DNA of 64,000 nt from Spirochaetia bacterium. Its GTDB lineage: Bacteria; Spirochaetota; Spirochaetia; DSM-2461. The notes under the pieces are model-generated. The model was not told the origin of the DNA, searched no databases, and was given only the letters and a program-made list of their open reading frames with translations. The DNA lies in assembly GCA_963668315.1 (NCBI GenBank), contig OY764216.1, forward strand, positions 3,744,001 to 3,808,000, in the 5' to 3' direction. Shown here in pieces: positions 19,512 through 29,991 of the stretch (position 1 is its first letter; each line of letters opens with the position of its first letter). A program made the translations under genes and the position numbers.

Positions 19512-20536
19512 ATATCTTCCTTTTGAAATCCAACTATTGAACTGAAAATATTCATGACCTTTTCTGGAGAAAATCTTTCTGAATAACAATCCAAATCCAT
19601 ATCTATATATTTTTTTTTATCAAATGTTAAAATTTTTCGCACCAATGTTTTATATGATGAATAAGTTAATGCTTTTTTACCTAAAAAATTTAGATGGGCG
19701 GTTGCATAAATATGTTTTTTATTTCTCAGGTAGCGACCGAAAGTATTTATTTTAAATTTGAAATTGTGCATCCAATTGGGTTTCCAAGTAATTATAGGTT
19801 TATTCTTAACAGAAAACTCAGCAATTGATAAACCAAATGTTTCTCCATCGCTTCGAGCATGTATCATAGCATCGCAAGAATTAATAAACCTTTCTTTATA
19901 CTTAATATCTGTATTTTTTGGTAAAAAAATTATTCTTCGATCATCAGCAAAAGACTGGAAATTTAAAAAAACGAAATATATATCTTCTCTTTTGTTTATA
20001 ATTTCTTTTATAGCTCTATGAACAAAGGGTATATCAAATTGGGTCTTCCCTCCATACCCACCAAATACTGTGGCATCTTGAGGAATCCCTAATTCCATTC
20101 TGAGCGTTCCTTCTTCGCCCATACTCTTTTTAACAATATGTGGTAAAACAGGATAAGAAGTTCTGTAAAAACGATTTAAAAAAGATGAAATAGGAACATA
20201 GTAATCACCATATTTTGACCTTGTATCAAATACACAATGAAGAAAGGATGGAATGTTCTTCGTGAGTAACGGTTCTTTCACACCAGATATTATTTGATAA
20301 ATCAATTCTATATCATTTACCTCTATGAAAGTTTCAATTTCTTTTATTGAGCTATATAATAGCACAGTAAATTCTTTTTCAAATTTAGCAAGTACTATTG
20401 GATCAACTATATTACCCACTGGGGCCGCAATAAAAGATATTCCGTTCAAATAATTCTGATTCCCTAATGCATAATCATAAAGTGCAATTTCCGTACCCCT
20501 TTCTGAAATTTGGTTACTATGAAAAAGTATATTCAT
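19508..20536 (-). CDS. GT-B (GT4-like) glycosyltransferase
   Basis: NQISERGTEIALYDYA, FGGYGG, FINSCDAMIHARSDGETFGLSIAEFSVKNKPIIT (E-x7-E motif). Confidence 0.75.
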   Translation of the reverse strand: MNILFHSNQISERGTEIALYDYALGNQNYLNGISFIAAPVGNIVDPIVLAKFEKEFTVLLYSSIKEIETFIEVNDIELIYQIISGVKEPLLTKNIPSFLHCVFDTRSKYGDYYVPISSFLNRFYRTSYPVLPHIVKKSMGEEGTLRMELGIPQDATVFGGYGGKTQFDIPFVHRAIKEIINKREDIYFVFLNFQSFADDRRIIFLPKNTDIKYKERFINSCDAMIHARSDGETFGLSIAEFSVKNKPIITWKPNWMHNFKFKINTFGRYLRNKKHIYATAHLNFLGKKALTYSSYKTLVRKILTFDKKKYIDMDLDCYSERFSPEKVMNIFSSIVGFQKEDI

Positions 20537-20549
20537 TTTTGTATTCCTA

Positions 20550-21704
20550 TTAGTTTTTTTTCGCCATAATCAGTAATGCCTCTTCCCACATGCCAGACCA
20601 ATCAAAGTGAAATTGAGCCTGTCTTTCTGCACATAGCTCTCTCACATGATTGTAGTACTCCCGGGATTTATACATTTTCTCCAGGGTAGCTGCTAGTTCA
20701 ACAGAATCCTGGACTGGAAAGAGCAGTTCATCCTTTTCCAGCATATCCGGAATACCTCCGGCCCTGCTACCTATAACAGGAATTCCCGAGTGAAGCGCTT
20801 CCAACACGGTATCGGGGTAACTGTCAAATATGGAAGGGACCACCATTAGGTCAGATTCTCTTAGATAATCAAAGGGATTTGAGACACGACCTTGAAATCT
20901 GATTCTCTCTTCCATCTTTTGTTCTCGAATATAACCTAGATAAATTTCTTTTTTCCCCGGCCCCAGGACATCCAGCTCTATATCTTTGATACCCCTTTCG
21001 TTAAGACGTCCCAGTGCTTTAAGAAGATAAATAATCCCCTTTCTTTCACCTAACGCTCCCAGAAACACGATTTTCTTCAGAAATTTACTCTCATTACAGT
21101 TCTCCCATTCCTTTTTAAAACGGGGTAGACCAATATTTCCTCTGATTATGACAGACTTTTCGACAGCCTTTGGATTTCTTTTACAGAAGTCATCCCTGTC
21201 ATAGGGACTCTGAAATACTATGGAATCTGCGTTAGCGGTAATTCTCTTTTCATACCAGAAATGGACAAGCAGCCTATATAGCGTTCTTAGTTTTAATCGA
21301 TTTGGAGAAGATTCCTTTAGCGCAATTAATAAAGACCTAACGACATTATTTCGGTGAGCGTAAAGCAGGGGTATCCCATATTTCTTTCGTAACCAGGCTG
21401 CCGTTTTAAGATGTGTCTCCCCATGAATCATAATCACTTCATTTCTGCTTATTTCCCCAAGCACAGATGGAGGGAGATTTTTCACAGCTTTGGCAAAACG
21501 GAAAGATTTAGGGTATTTATCTTCATGTTTATAGGAACATTTTACTTTTATAACCTTAGCATTTGTAATTTCATAGTTCAATTCCTCACTAATAATACCG
21601 GTTACTTCGTTTCCACGAGCCGCCAGATCATCCATGAGTTCGAGATAACGGCGTTGACCGCCGGTTCTTACTTCGTTATTTAAAAAGGGACATAGGATTT
21701 TCAC
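20550..21704 (-). CDS. GT4 glycosyltransferase
   Basis: TGGQRR, FLGALGERKG, VVPSIFDSYPDTVLEALHSGIPVIGSRAGGIPD. Confidence 0.88.
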   Translation of the reverse strand: MKILCPFLNNEVRTGGQRRYLELMDDLAARGNEVTGIISEELNYEITNAKVIKVKCSYKHEDKYPKSFRFAKAVKNLPPSVLGEISRNEVIMIHGETHLKTAAWLRKKYGIPLLYAHRNNVVRSLLIALKESSPNRLKLRTLYRLLVHFWYEKRITANADSIVFQSPYDRDDFCKRNPKAVEKSVIIRGNIGLPRFKKEWENCNESKFLKKIVFLGALGERKGIIYLLKALGRLNERGIKDIELDVLGPGKKEIYLGYIREQKMEERIRFQGRVSNPFDYLRESDLMVVPSIFDSYPDTVLEALHSGIPVIGSRAGGIPDMLEKDELLFPVQDSVELAATLEKMYKSREYYNHVRELCAERQAQFHFDWSGMWEEALLIMAKKN

Positions 21705-22678
21705 TTGTCACAATACTCTGCTTTAGATTTTTTTATTCTCTTATACATCTTAGAATTATAGGGAATGAGAATATTTAATACCAGTTCTATAATTCTCAAT
21801 CTCAAGCTGTGGGATTTTAACTTCCATTTTGGTTTGGGAAGCTTTCCCGCACAATTGGGATAATCAAGCTTTAGAAAAAACAGAATATCAGGGTTCACTG
21901 TATACTGTTTTGATTCTATATTTTGAGAAAAGGTATTAATTAATGCTCTCCCTCGGGTATCATTACCCCAAGTCGCAGCAAAATGATGACATAAGCATGT
22001 ATTTACTGAATAACTTGATATAATTTTATCAGGACCTCTATATGCTGATCTAGTAGTGACGGGTGAAAAATAATCCTGTGGATAAATTTTAATCCCGTTA
22101 TCAATGACAGGTTCCTGGATTCCCCGGAAGCGACCTTTCTTTGCTTTCGTAGGGATACCGGAAGTTTCCTTTTCAATAAAGAAGAGCGACATTAGTTGTG
22201 GCATGGGAAATTTTTTAATGATGTGACTTAAAGGGCCGGAAAAGGACTTTTCATATAAATCCATCATGAAGTCAAGAATTTCATGACTATCAGAGCCACC
22301 CAATCCCATAGAATGGGCAGTTAGAAAACCGTTAAACCTGCTTTCAATACCAATGAACAAATCATATTCATCGGATTTTTCAGCCTCTTCAAAAAGATTT
22401 CGAAATACGGATCCCTTCAAGATTTCAATATCCGCATCGAGATAAACACCCCCGTATTGTTTTAGTAACCAACAGCGAAAATAATCACTTAAAAAAGCAT
22501 GATTTTTCTCTCGGGCCATTTTTACCGTAAATGGATTCAAATCCAGGGGAAGATTATCCTTATTCCATTCCATTATGGTAAAATCTGGTAACTCCCTTTT
22601 CCAGCTCTCCAGAAAAGGAAGAAAAGGATCCTCCCCATCATCAAAATTGAAGAAAATACGATGAAGTATCTTTCCCAT
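21701..22678 (-). CDS. GT32 (OCH1-like, DXD) glycosyltransferase
   Basis: ESWKRELPDFTIMEWN, AFLSDYFR, YGGVYLDADIE, IYPQDYFSP, HHFAATW. Confidence 0.88.
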   Translation of the reverse strand: MGKILHRIFFNFDDGEDPFLPFLESWKRELPDFTIMEWNKDNLPLDLNPFTVKMAREKNHAFLSDYFRCWLLKQYGGVYLDADIEILKGSVFRNLFEEAEKSDEYDLFIGIESRFNGFLTAHSMGLGGSDSHEILDFMMDLYEKSFSGPLSHIIKKFPMPQLMSLFFIEKETSGIPTKAKKGRFRGIQEPVIDNGIKIYPQDYFSPVTTRSAYRGPDKIISSYSVNTCLCHHFAATWGNDTRGRALINTFSQNIESKQYTVNPDILFFLKLDYPNCAGKLPKPKWKLKSHSLRLRIIELVLNILIPYNSKMYKRIKKSKAEYCDK

Positions 22679-22680
22679 TG

Positions 22681-23643
22681 CTACACGAACTTTCTAAAAT
22701 AACTGATGGTTTCTTTCAAACCATCCTCTAAAGAAACCTTAGGCTCCCATTGAAGTTTCTCTTTTGCCAGTGTGATATCGGGTTTTCTCTTTTTTGGATC
22801 ATCCTGAGGCAGCGGCTGAAAAATGATCTTTGAATGACCGCCAACAATTTTTAGCACTAACTCAGCTAGCTCCAACATGGTAAACTCACCGGGATTACCA
22901 ATATTAACTGGCCCCAGAAAATCTTTCTCTGAATTCATCATTCGCATCATACCATCAATAAGATCGTCAACATAACAAAACGAACGAGTCTGTAGTCCAT
23001 CACCGAATATAGTAATATCATTGCCACGTAAGGCCTGCATAATGAAATTACTAACCACCCTTCCATCATTGGGATGCATTCTCGGTCCGTATGTATTAAA
23101 AATACGAATAACTTTTATTTCTAGCCCATTTTGCCTATGATAATCAAAGAAAAGAGTTTCGGCACATCTTTTTCCCTCGTCATAGCAGGAACGTATCCCT
23201 ATGGTATTCACATTGCCCCAATAAGATTCCACCTGAGGGTGAATAGCGGGATCTCCATAAACTTCACTTGTGGAAGCCTGAAGGATTCTTGCGCTCGTTC
23301 TCTTTGCTAGTCCCAGCATATTAATGGCACCGTGAACGCTTGTCTTGGTCGTCTGAACCGGATCATATTGGTAATGGGGGGGACTGGCGGGGCAGGCTAA
23401 ATTAAATATACGATCTACTTCAATATAATAGGGAAAAGTGACATCGTGCCTGACAACTTCAAAATAAGGACTATCCATCAAATGGGCAATATTCTCTTTC
23501 TGACCCGTAAAAAAATTATCAAGGCAAATAACATCGTTGCCCTCATTCAGTAATTTCTCACAAAGATGGCTTCCGAGGAAGCCGGCGCCTCCGGTTACTA
23601 ATACTCTCGTTCGCAATGAGTAGACTTTACGTAGATTCTCCAT
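22681..23643 (-). CDS. uxs: UDP-glucuronate decarboxylase (UDP-xylose synthase)
   Basis: [56 protein letters not shown] 23643 is coupled to the upstream stop (TAATG). Confidence 0.93.
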   Translation of the reverse strand: MENLRKVYSLRTRVLVTGGAGFLGSHLCEKLLNEGNDVICLDNFFTGQKENIAHLMDSPYFEVVRHDVTFPYYIEVDRIFNLACPASPPHYQYDPVQTTKTSVHGAINMLGLAKRTSARILQASTSEVYGDPAIHPQVESYWGNVNTIGIRSCYDEGKRCAETLFFDYHRQNGLEIKVIRIFNTYGPRMHPNDGRVVSNFIMQALRGNDITIFGDGLQTRSFCYVDDLIDGMMRMMNSEKDFLGPVNIGNPGEFTMLELAELVLKIVGGHSKIIFQPLPQDDPKKRKPDITLAKEKLQWEPKVSLEDGLKETISYFRKFV

Positions 23644-24560
23644 TAGCACACTCCCTTTATTTTTCTGACCATATGTTTATATTCTCTCTTATCCATCAGT
23701 CTGTATTCTTTATGCTTACTGGCTGTTTTAGATTTGAAAAGAATTATATTCACGAACTGCTTCATAATACGATATACACTAAATATAAAATGCGAAATCA
23801 TTATACCAGATCGGCCGAAATATTTATACAAATAATAGTACTTACTTTGAAATACTGTAGGCTTTGAATCTTTGAGAAACTCAAGAGAAGCCCCTTTTAC
23901 ATGCATAATAGTCACCTGAGGAAGAGAATAAATAGTAAAACCTTTCTTTTTGACGCAATAGGATAAATCTGCTTCTTCGTAGTACATAAAATACGCGGGA
24001 TCAAATCCCTTTACATCAAGAAACATCTCTTTGGAAATAAAGAGATCGGCTCCGGTTATATACCCCACGGGCATAACCTGTCCCCTATGATTATATTCCC
24101 AGCTGCAGCCGTATTTCAGTCTGAATAACCAGGGGAAAAAGCGAAAGAGATCATCCCAGGGACCGGGAAGGAAAGGATTAAAACTATGAACAGGATGACC
24201 ATTTAAATCGGTTAAATTCCCCCCGCATATGCCTGCATCGGGATTATTTTTCAGGAATTCTTCTAGTAAATAAACTGCATTGTTAAGTAAACGAGTATCA
24301 CTATTGAGAAAGAATAAATAATCTCCCGATGCTTTCTCCACTGCCAGATTATTGGCTTTCCCAAAACCAAGATTTTCCTGAATAGAGATAAGAATAACAT
24401 GGGGAAATTTTTCCCTTACCATTGCTACCGAATTATCTGAAGAAGCATTATCGACAACGAGAATTTCAAATGTGATCTTCTTTGTATGTTCATAAACCGA
24501 GGTAAGACAATCCTTGAGTAATTGACAGGTATTATAATTAACGATAATTATTGAAACCAT
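23643..24560 (-). CDS. GT2 glycosyltransferase (WbbL/WfgS-like)
   Basis: [41 protein letters not shown] 24560 coupled via TAATG. Confidence 0.9.
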   Translation of the reverse strand: MVSIIIVNYNTCQLLKDCLTSVYEHTKKITFEILVVDNASSDNSVAMVREKFPHVILISIQENLGFGKANNLAVEKASGDYLFFLNSDTRLLNNAVYLLEEFLKNNPDAGICGGNLTDLNGHPVHSFNPFLPGPWDDLFRFFPWLFRLKYGCSWEYNHRGQVMPVGYITGADLFISKEMFLDVKGFDPAYFMYYEEADLSYCVKKKGFTIYSLPQVTIMHVKGASLEFLKDSKPTVFQSKYYYLYKYFGRSGIMISHFIFSVYRIMKQFVNIILFKSKTASKHKEYRLMDKREYKHMVRKIKGVC

Positions 24561-25336
24561 TAACCGTTCTTCCAATCAACCACAGGCGATAACCATTTTA
24601 TCTCGGCATGAGTCGAATGGGCGGGAACCGCAGAGAGCAATGTTCTCTGCCCTCTTTTTAATAACCAGTTTTTGAAAACGATTAGAAATTCCCTTCTCCG
24701 CCCCATGGTTAGTAAAATCAAGGCTGATTTTAACTCATTCTGAGTAAGTTCCATGAAAGCATGAAAATCATCGGGGATCCTGCCGTTCATATACTTCATC
24801 CAAACAGGATAATCTCTTTTAAGGGTAGAAACTTTAACTGCAAATGTCATCGTTGTCGAATCGACCGTTCTCCAATGACTTCCCTGAGTCACGAAAAGGG
24901 TTACCGGTTTAAGTCTTTTATGATTAAATCGATTGCCCCCATCATGATTTATTATATATTTGTCTGGATGGTCATATAATGTCACATAATCCCCAATCTC
25001 CAGAGCTTCATTTATAAGTACACGGCTGCCATCAAGATGAACATAATCATCTTCAAGAAGGTAAACACAATCATCAGATTTATGACTACCAATTATCTTA
25101 TCAACCATAAAAATAAAGGAACCGCAATTTCCCAAGGACGTCTCTTCATAGGGGATTTTGTGTTCTTTTAAATAATCGATAGTTTCCGGGTTACAATTAT
25201 CTGCGATAACCCAAAAGTTCTCCTTGCCGAATTCTTTAATGGCATTCTCCATGCAGTAGAATTTATCAGCATAGTTTAATTTTTCCTTGGGATTTCCCTT
25301 ATCGGATATACGGTAATATACAATTAACGACTTCAT
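24560..25336 (-). CDS. Putative GT-A fold glycosyltransferase of an uncharacterised family
   Basis: VIADNC, YLLEDDYVH (EDD motif), YVTLYDHPDKY, HWRTVDSTTMTFA; translationally coupled within the GT cluster. Confidence 0.6.
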   Translation of the reverse strand: MKSLIVYYRISDKGNPKEKLNYADKFYCMENAIKEFGKENFWVIADNCNPETIDYLKEHKIPYEETSLGNCGSFIFMVDKIIGSHKSDDCVYLLEDDYVHLDGSRVLINEALEIGDYVTLYDHPDKYIINHDGGNRFNHKRLKPVTLFVTQGSHWRTVDSTTMTFAVKVSTLKRDYPVWMKYMNGRIPDDFHAFMELTQNELKSALILLTMGRRREFLIVFKNWLLKRGQRTLLSAVPAHSTHAEIKWLSPVVDWKNG

Positions 25337-26190
25337 TTTTTTAACCCCATTATTTTCATTATTTTCCGTTTAATTCTTACATGCAAAGGCCATCGGGGTT
25401 TTTGTTTAAAACGGCTCCCCCCCATGGCAAGCCAACGCTCATAATTGGCATCAAACTGATCATTTTGCAATCCATTCCAAAACTTGGTTCTTCCCCAGGC
25501 GTGGAGGATTTTTGCCTCATCTGCATGGGGAGTTAACAGAGGATGGCTGCAATAGGGGTCAGACTCTATTACTTCTGTATCAATATGAAATTCTTGTAAA
25601 GCCAAATCGAATATACCTTGCTCGGGATATTTCAGAAGAGACGCTAATTCCTTTGTCTTTTGATAGCACCAATTATATATATTCATATAATCGGGAAGAC
25701 TGTCATGAAGAATCATTAAAGCCGCACTGATACCAGCTTTCTCCATATCGTAATCTTTAACAGGCTCATGAAATTGATCCTTCACAATTCCTTCTTTTGA
25801 AAACATAGCTTTAAAAGATATTTTTTCATCAAGCAATTCAGAGATATCATCCCGCAGAACAATATCATAATCCGTATATATAACTTGATGGTAATCATTT
25901 AATAATTTAAACACTTCAAATTTGGCATAGACCATCTTTGTAAAATAATTCAAAGTACCATCATGAAATAATCTGGCATCCAAAGGAAAATCATATTTGA
26001 TAAATCTCGTTTGATAAATATTACTTAGTTTTAATTTATCCTTCTTCCCAATTCCATCATGAATAATAACAAATTCATCAAACGTAAACCTGGAATACTT
26101 TACAACATCCATCATAACGGAAGCAATAGCAAAAGAAATGTCTTTCGTTCCGCAGAAAACTATGGCTCTATTTTTTTTTATATAACTCAT
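25333..26190 (-). CDS. GT8 glycosyltransferase
   Basis: VIYTDYDIVLRDDISEL (DxD), PEQGIFDL, KILHAWG..KFW. Confidence 0.8.
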   Translation of the reverse strand: MSYIKKNRAIVFCGTKDISFAIASVMMDVVKYSRFTFDEFVIIHDGIGKKDKLKLSNIYQTRFIKYDFPLDARLFHDGTLNYFTKMVYAKFEVFKLLNDYHQVIYTDYDIVLRDDISELLDEKISFKAMFSKEGIVKDQFHEPVKDYDMEKAGISAALMILHDSLPDYMNIYNWCYQKTKELASLLKYPEQGIFDLALQEFHIDTEVIESDPYCSHPLLTPHADEAKILHAWGRTKFWNGLQNDQFDANYERWLAMGGSRFKQKPRWPLHVRIKRKIMKIMGLKK

Positions 26191-26199
26191 TTCCTACCC

Positions 26200-28026
26200 T
26201 TAATCCTCAGATTTTTCCATTTCCGATTCATCATATCCAGCAAGTCTCTGAAAATCTTTATTTGAGTTAATCAATTCTTCGTAAGATCCGGTATTATCCA
26301 CCAATCCATCTTTGAGGATAATTATATTGTCGGCATTTCTTAATGTATTTATTCTATGAGCAATAATAACAATTGTACGCTTGTTACTAATATCCTCTAT
26401 CGCTTTCATTATTTGCTTTTCCGTATTGGCATCCAGAGAACTGGTTGCTTCATCAAAGACAAGGATTTCCGCACCTCTGTATAGAGCTCGGGCAATTCCC
26501 AATCGCTGTCTCTGTCCTCCGCTCAGTTGAATACCAGCTTCGCCAATTATAGTATTTACTCCATCGGGCATTTTTTCAACATGTTCCCAAAGGGCAGACA
26601 TTTTCAAAACTTGAATAACCCTATCTCTATCAATTTCCTCGTCTTCGATGCCAAAAGCAATATTTTTCTCAATTGTATTATCAATTAGAAAGATATCCTG
26701 GGGTACATAACCAATTAATCGCTGGAGAGAACCGATTTTATCCCATTCCCAGTCCTCTCCATCAATAACTAGTTGACCAGAGGTTGGTTTCAATAGTCCA
26801 AGGAAAATATTGACAAGTGTCGTTTTCCCCGTTCCTGTGGTTCCCACAATCCCCAATGTTTTATTCTTGGTAAGCTCCATATCCACCCCTTTAAGAACAG
26901 GATGGCTCGCTTTATATTCAAATTGTATATCTTTTAATAAGATTTTCTCTGAAAATTTCAATTCCGGTAATTGCTCAGTTTTATGCTTTAATACCCTATC
27001 CGTGGTTAAATACTTTGCAGCAATTAAATCCTCTTCCACATGACTAAGTGCACCAACCCCCCCTTGAAAGGCTGTGAAAAGCCGGTATAATTCGGATAAC
27101 TTTGGCATTATTTTATATCCCGCGATAGCAACAAAACTCAATTTAGTGATTATTGATACAAAATCATCACCCTGCTTAACATACATTAATAATATAAATA
27201 AAGTAAGCGTCGCAAATAAAATACCTTCCATACTATAACGGGGAGCAATAATAATGACTCTCTTGACTCTCCGGTTCTTCATTCCCCTTTCTAGATTCTT
27301 TCTATATTGTTTAACAAAAGCTGGAGCAAGATGAGAAAGAATAATATCTTTTATTCCATGAAAGCATTCACTTAATATGACGAAATTCTTCCCGTCAGTT
27401 TTTGCCACTTCATAGGAAGCCCGGATATTTTTCTTTCTAAAATATAGAAAAAAGAATAAATAAATGGATGAAAAACCTAAATTAAGAACAATTCCCAAAA
27501 GTGGATCAATAACGATTATACCTACTAGAAAAATTAAAATAAGGAAAATACGGCCAATTCCATTGAGTATCGAAAAGACCATCTCACTTATGACGATATC
27601 CAATTGATGAAAATTATTTATTAATTTATTACTATTACGATTAACATGAAAAAGATAATCCTTTTGCAAATAATATCGAATCATTCGCAAAGACAAAGAT
27701 CTTTTTAGTTTTAAAGAAATATCGGTATTGATATATTCCCTCAGCATAATAATCAGATTAGAAAATATAATTAATGCGGCGGTTAATATTCCCCAAAAAA
27801 TGATAAATTGATTTTCCGTTTGAAAATTTAAGGAATGATAAATCCAGGATGAATACTTATTACTCTGAATCATTTCCGGATTACCAATAAATGATAAAAA
27901 TGGAGCAAGTGCGGAAAATCCCAAGACTTCAATAAATGAGACAAAAATGACAAATATCTGAAAAACCGACAGACGTCTTATTTCTTTTTCTGTAAATATT
28001 CTAAAAACTCTTTTTAATAAACCCAT
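26200..28026 (-). CDS. ABC exporter, fused TMD+NBD, PglK/WlaB-like flippase (copy 2)
   Basis: EVLGFSALAPFL, AIAGYKIMP, GTTGTGKTT, LSGGQRQRLGIARALY, VFDEATSSLD. Confidence 0.85.
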   Translation of the reverse strand: MGLLKRVFRIFTEKEIRRLSVFQIFVIFVSFIEVLGFSALAPFLSFIGNPEMIQSNKYSSWIYHSLNFQTENQFIIFWGILTAALIIFSNLIIMLREYINTDISLKLKRSLSLRMIRYYLQKDYLFHVNRNSNKLINNFHQLDIVISEMVFSILNGIGRIFLILIFLVGIIVIDPLLGIVLNLGFSSIYLFFFLYFRKKNIRASYEVAKTDGKNFVILSECFHGIKDIILSHLAPAFVKQYRKNLERGMKNRRVKRVIIIAPRYSMEGILFATLTLFILLMYVKQGDDFVSIITKLSFVAIAGYKIMPKLSELYRLFTAFQGGVGALSHVEEDLIAAKYLTTDRVLKHKTEQLPELKFSEKILLKDIQFEYKASHPVLKGVDMELTKNKTLGIVGTTGTGKTTLVNIFLGLLKPTSGQLVIDGEDWEWDKIGSLQRLIGYVPQDIFLIDNTIEKNIAFGIEDEEIDRDRVIQVLKMSALWEHVEKMPDGVNTIIGEAGIQLSGGQRQRLGIARALYRGAEILVFDEATSSLDANTEKQIMKAIEDISNKRTIVIIAHRINTLRNADNIIILKDGLVDNTGSYEELINSNKDFQRLAGYDESEMEKSED

Positions 28027-28040
28027 ATAACACTCGTACT

Positions 28041-29381
28041 TTATTTTTTTTCTATTCCCGGTTCCCCGATATACATATATTCCCAGCCCTCTTCTGCCAT
28101 CATTCCCGGATCATACTGGTTTCTGCCGTCAACAATCACTTTATTTTTCAACAGCTTTCCCATCTCGTAAAAATCGGGAGACCGAAATTCCTTCCACTCC
28201 GTCAGCAGGATCATGGCCTCAGCCCCCTTCAAAGCATCGTACTTACTGTCACAATATTCAATACCCTTCACGTCCTTCAGATAATATCCTTCGGACTGTT
28301 CCCGTCCTTCCGGATCGTAGGCCTGTACTCTGGCCCCCCGGGAAGTCAACTCCTTCACAAGAGTGATGGAAGGAGCTTCCCGCATGTCGTCCGTATTGGG
28401 CTTGAATGTCAGTCCCCATAACCCGAAAGTCATGCCGTTCAAATCTTCCCCGAAGCGCTTTACAATTTTGGAAGGGACGAGCTTTTTCTGTTCATGGTTC
28501 ACCTGATCCACCGCTTCCAGCAGCCGACTGGTATAACCGAAATCCCGGCTGGTCTTGATCAGGGCGTTTACATCCTTGGGAAAACAGGACCCGCCGTAAC
28601 CGGCTCCGGGATAGATAAAGGAGTAACCGATACGGCTGTCAGAACCGATACCCAGTCTTACTTTATTGGCATCGGCGCCCACTCGTTCGCAGATATTGGC
28701 GATCTCATTGATAAAGCTGATTTTCGTTGCCAGCATGCAGTTGGCGGCGTATTTGGTCATCTCCGCCGACCGTATATCCATGGAGATCACCCGGTCGTGA
28801 TTGAACGTAAAGGTCCCGTAAAGGGCATGCATTTTCTTCAGGGCCTCTTCGGAATCGGAACCGAGAACAACGCGGTCGGGATACATAAAGTCACGGACAG
28901 CGTTTCCCTCTTTCAGGAATTCCGGATTGGATACGACATGAAAGGGAATATCCGCTCCCCTCTTATTCAGTTCGGCCTCAATGGTTTCCCTTACTTTATC
29001 AGCCGTTCCCACGGGAACGGTGGACTTGTCCACGACAATCAGCTCTTTTTCCATGGCCTGTCCGATCTCGGAAGCCACTCCCAGAACATAAGTTAAATCG
29101 GCGCTGCCGTCATCTCCCATAGGGGTACCCACGGCGATAAAAACAATCTCCACACTCTGGATAGCCTCTTTAAGACTGGTAGAAAATTGCAAATCCCCGT
29201 GTTTATAGGTACGAAGCACCATCTCTTCCAGTCCGGGCTCGTAGATAGGGATAGCACCTTTTTTGAGTTTCTTGATTTTCTTTTCATCCACGTCAACGCA
29301 GGTCACACGGTTTCCCACTTCGGCAAAACAGGCACCCGAGACTAATCCAACATAACCGGTTCCGATAACGGCAATATTCAT
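28041..29381 (-). CDS. ugd: UDP-glucose 6-dehydrogenase
   Basis: GTGYVGLV, KSTVPVGT, SNPEFLKEG, GYGGSCFPKD, FKPNTDDMRE. Confidence 0.96.
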   Translation of the reverse strand: MNIAVIGTGYVGLVSGACFAEVGNRVTCVDVDEKKIKKLKKGAIPIYEPGLEEMVLRTYKHGDLQFSTSLKEAIQSVEIVFIAVGTPMGDDGSADLTYVLGVASEIGQAMEKELIVVDKSTVPVGTADKVRETIEAELNKRGADIPFHVVSNPEFLKEGNAVRDFMYPDRVVLGSDSEEALKKMHALYGTFTFNHDRVISMDIRSAEMTKYAANCMLATKISFINEIANICERVGADANKVRLGIGSDSRIGYSFIYPGAGYGGSCFPKDVNALIKTSRDFGYTSRLLEAVDQVNHEQKKLVPSKIVKRFGEDLNGMTFGLWGLTFKPNTDDMREAPSITLVKELTSRGARVQAYDPEGREQSEGYYLKDVKGIEYCDSKYDALKGAEAMILLTEWKEFRSPDFYEMGKLLKNKVIVDGRNQYDPGMMAEEGWEYMYIGEPGIEKK

Positions 29382-29902
29382 CGGCTGATTTCTCCTTTGA
29401 TTTCCAATTCGTCCAGGAAAATATAGGGGACGGCGATCTCCCCAGCTGATTTTCTATTGGCTTTTTCCGAGTAAACGACGAAAAAACCATCCTTTAACTC
29501 ATCTCTGATGTAAGTTATTCGATAATGATGACAAGCCCATTCCAGGATAAAGTCAAGATCGCTTTTCCCTATAAGAGAAACCCCTTTATACCCCTCTCTA
29601 GAGGCATTTCCGACAAGGTTTTCTATGGCCTGACGATAATAGACGACATTTTTTATTGTTCTTTTCATATACTTCTGAGTCCGCCGATTGAGTTCCTGTC
29701 GGCCTTCGGAAGTAAGAATGTATTTAATATTACGGGAATTTACCTTCTCCATCATCAGAAGCCCCTTATCGGCCATTCTTTTGAGAAGGCCGTTTGTCAT
29801 TCCCAAAGAGAGTCCGGCAATCTCAGCCAGTTCACGCTGTCGGATCGGTTCCTTGTTCTGAGAAAGCTGTTCCAGTATGATGGTTTCTTTTTCGCTATCC
29901 AC
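29378..29902 (-). CDS. Winged-helix (MarR-type, EPS-associated) transcriptional regulator
   Basis: QRELAEIAGLSLGMTNGLLKRMADKGLL...KYILTSEG. Start probably GTG 29902 (SD-like AGGG), since the track start lies inside the promoter. Confidence 0.85.
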   Translation of the reverse strand: MDSEKETIILEQLSQNKEPIRQRELAEIAGLSLGMTNGLLKRMADKGLLMMEKVNSRNIKYILTSEGRQELNRRTQKYMKRTIKNVVYYRQAIENLVGNASREGYKGVSLIGKSDLDFILEWACHHYRITYIRDELKDGFFVVYSEKANRKSAGEIAVPYIFLDELEIKGEISR

Positions 29903-29914
29903 GCACCCTGCTTT

Positions 29915-29967
29915 TTGTTCGTTTTTTGAACAACTAAGACTATACACCTATAAATGCAGGAAATCAA
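29915..29967 (-). promoter_or_regulatory. Sigma70 promoter plus downstream inverted-repeat operator of the regulator-ugd operon
   Basis: TTGATT(29962-67)-N17-TATAGT(29939-44); palindrome TTGTTC-N7-GAACAA at 29915-29933. Confidence 0.7.
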
Positions 29968-29991
29968 GATTTCTGGGAAAATTCTGATTTT

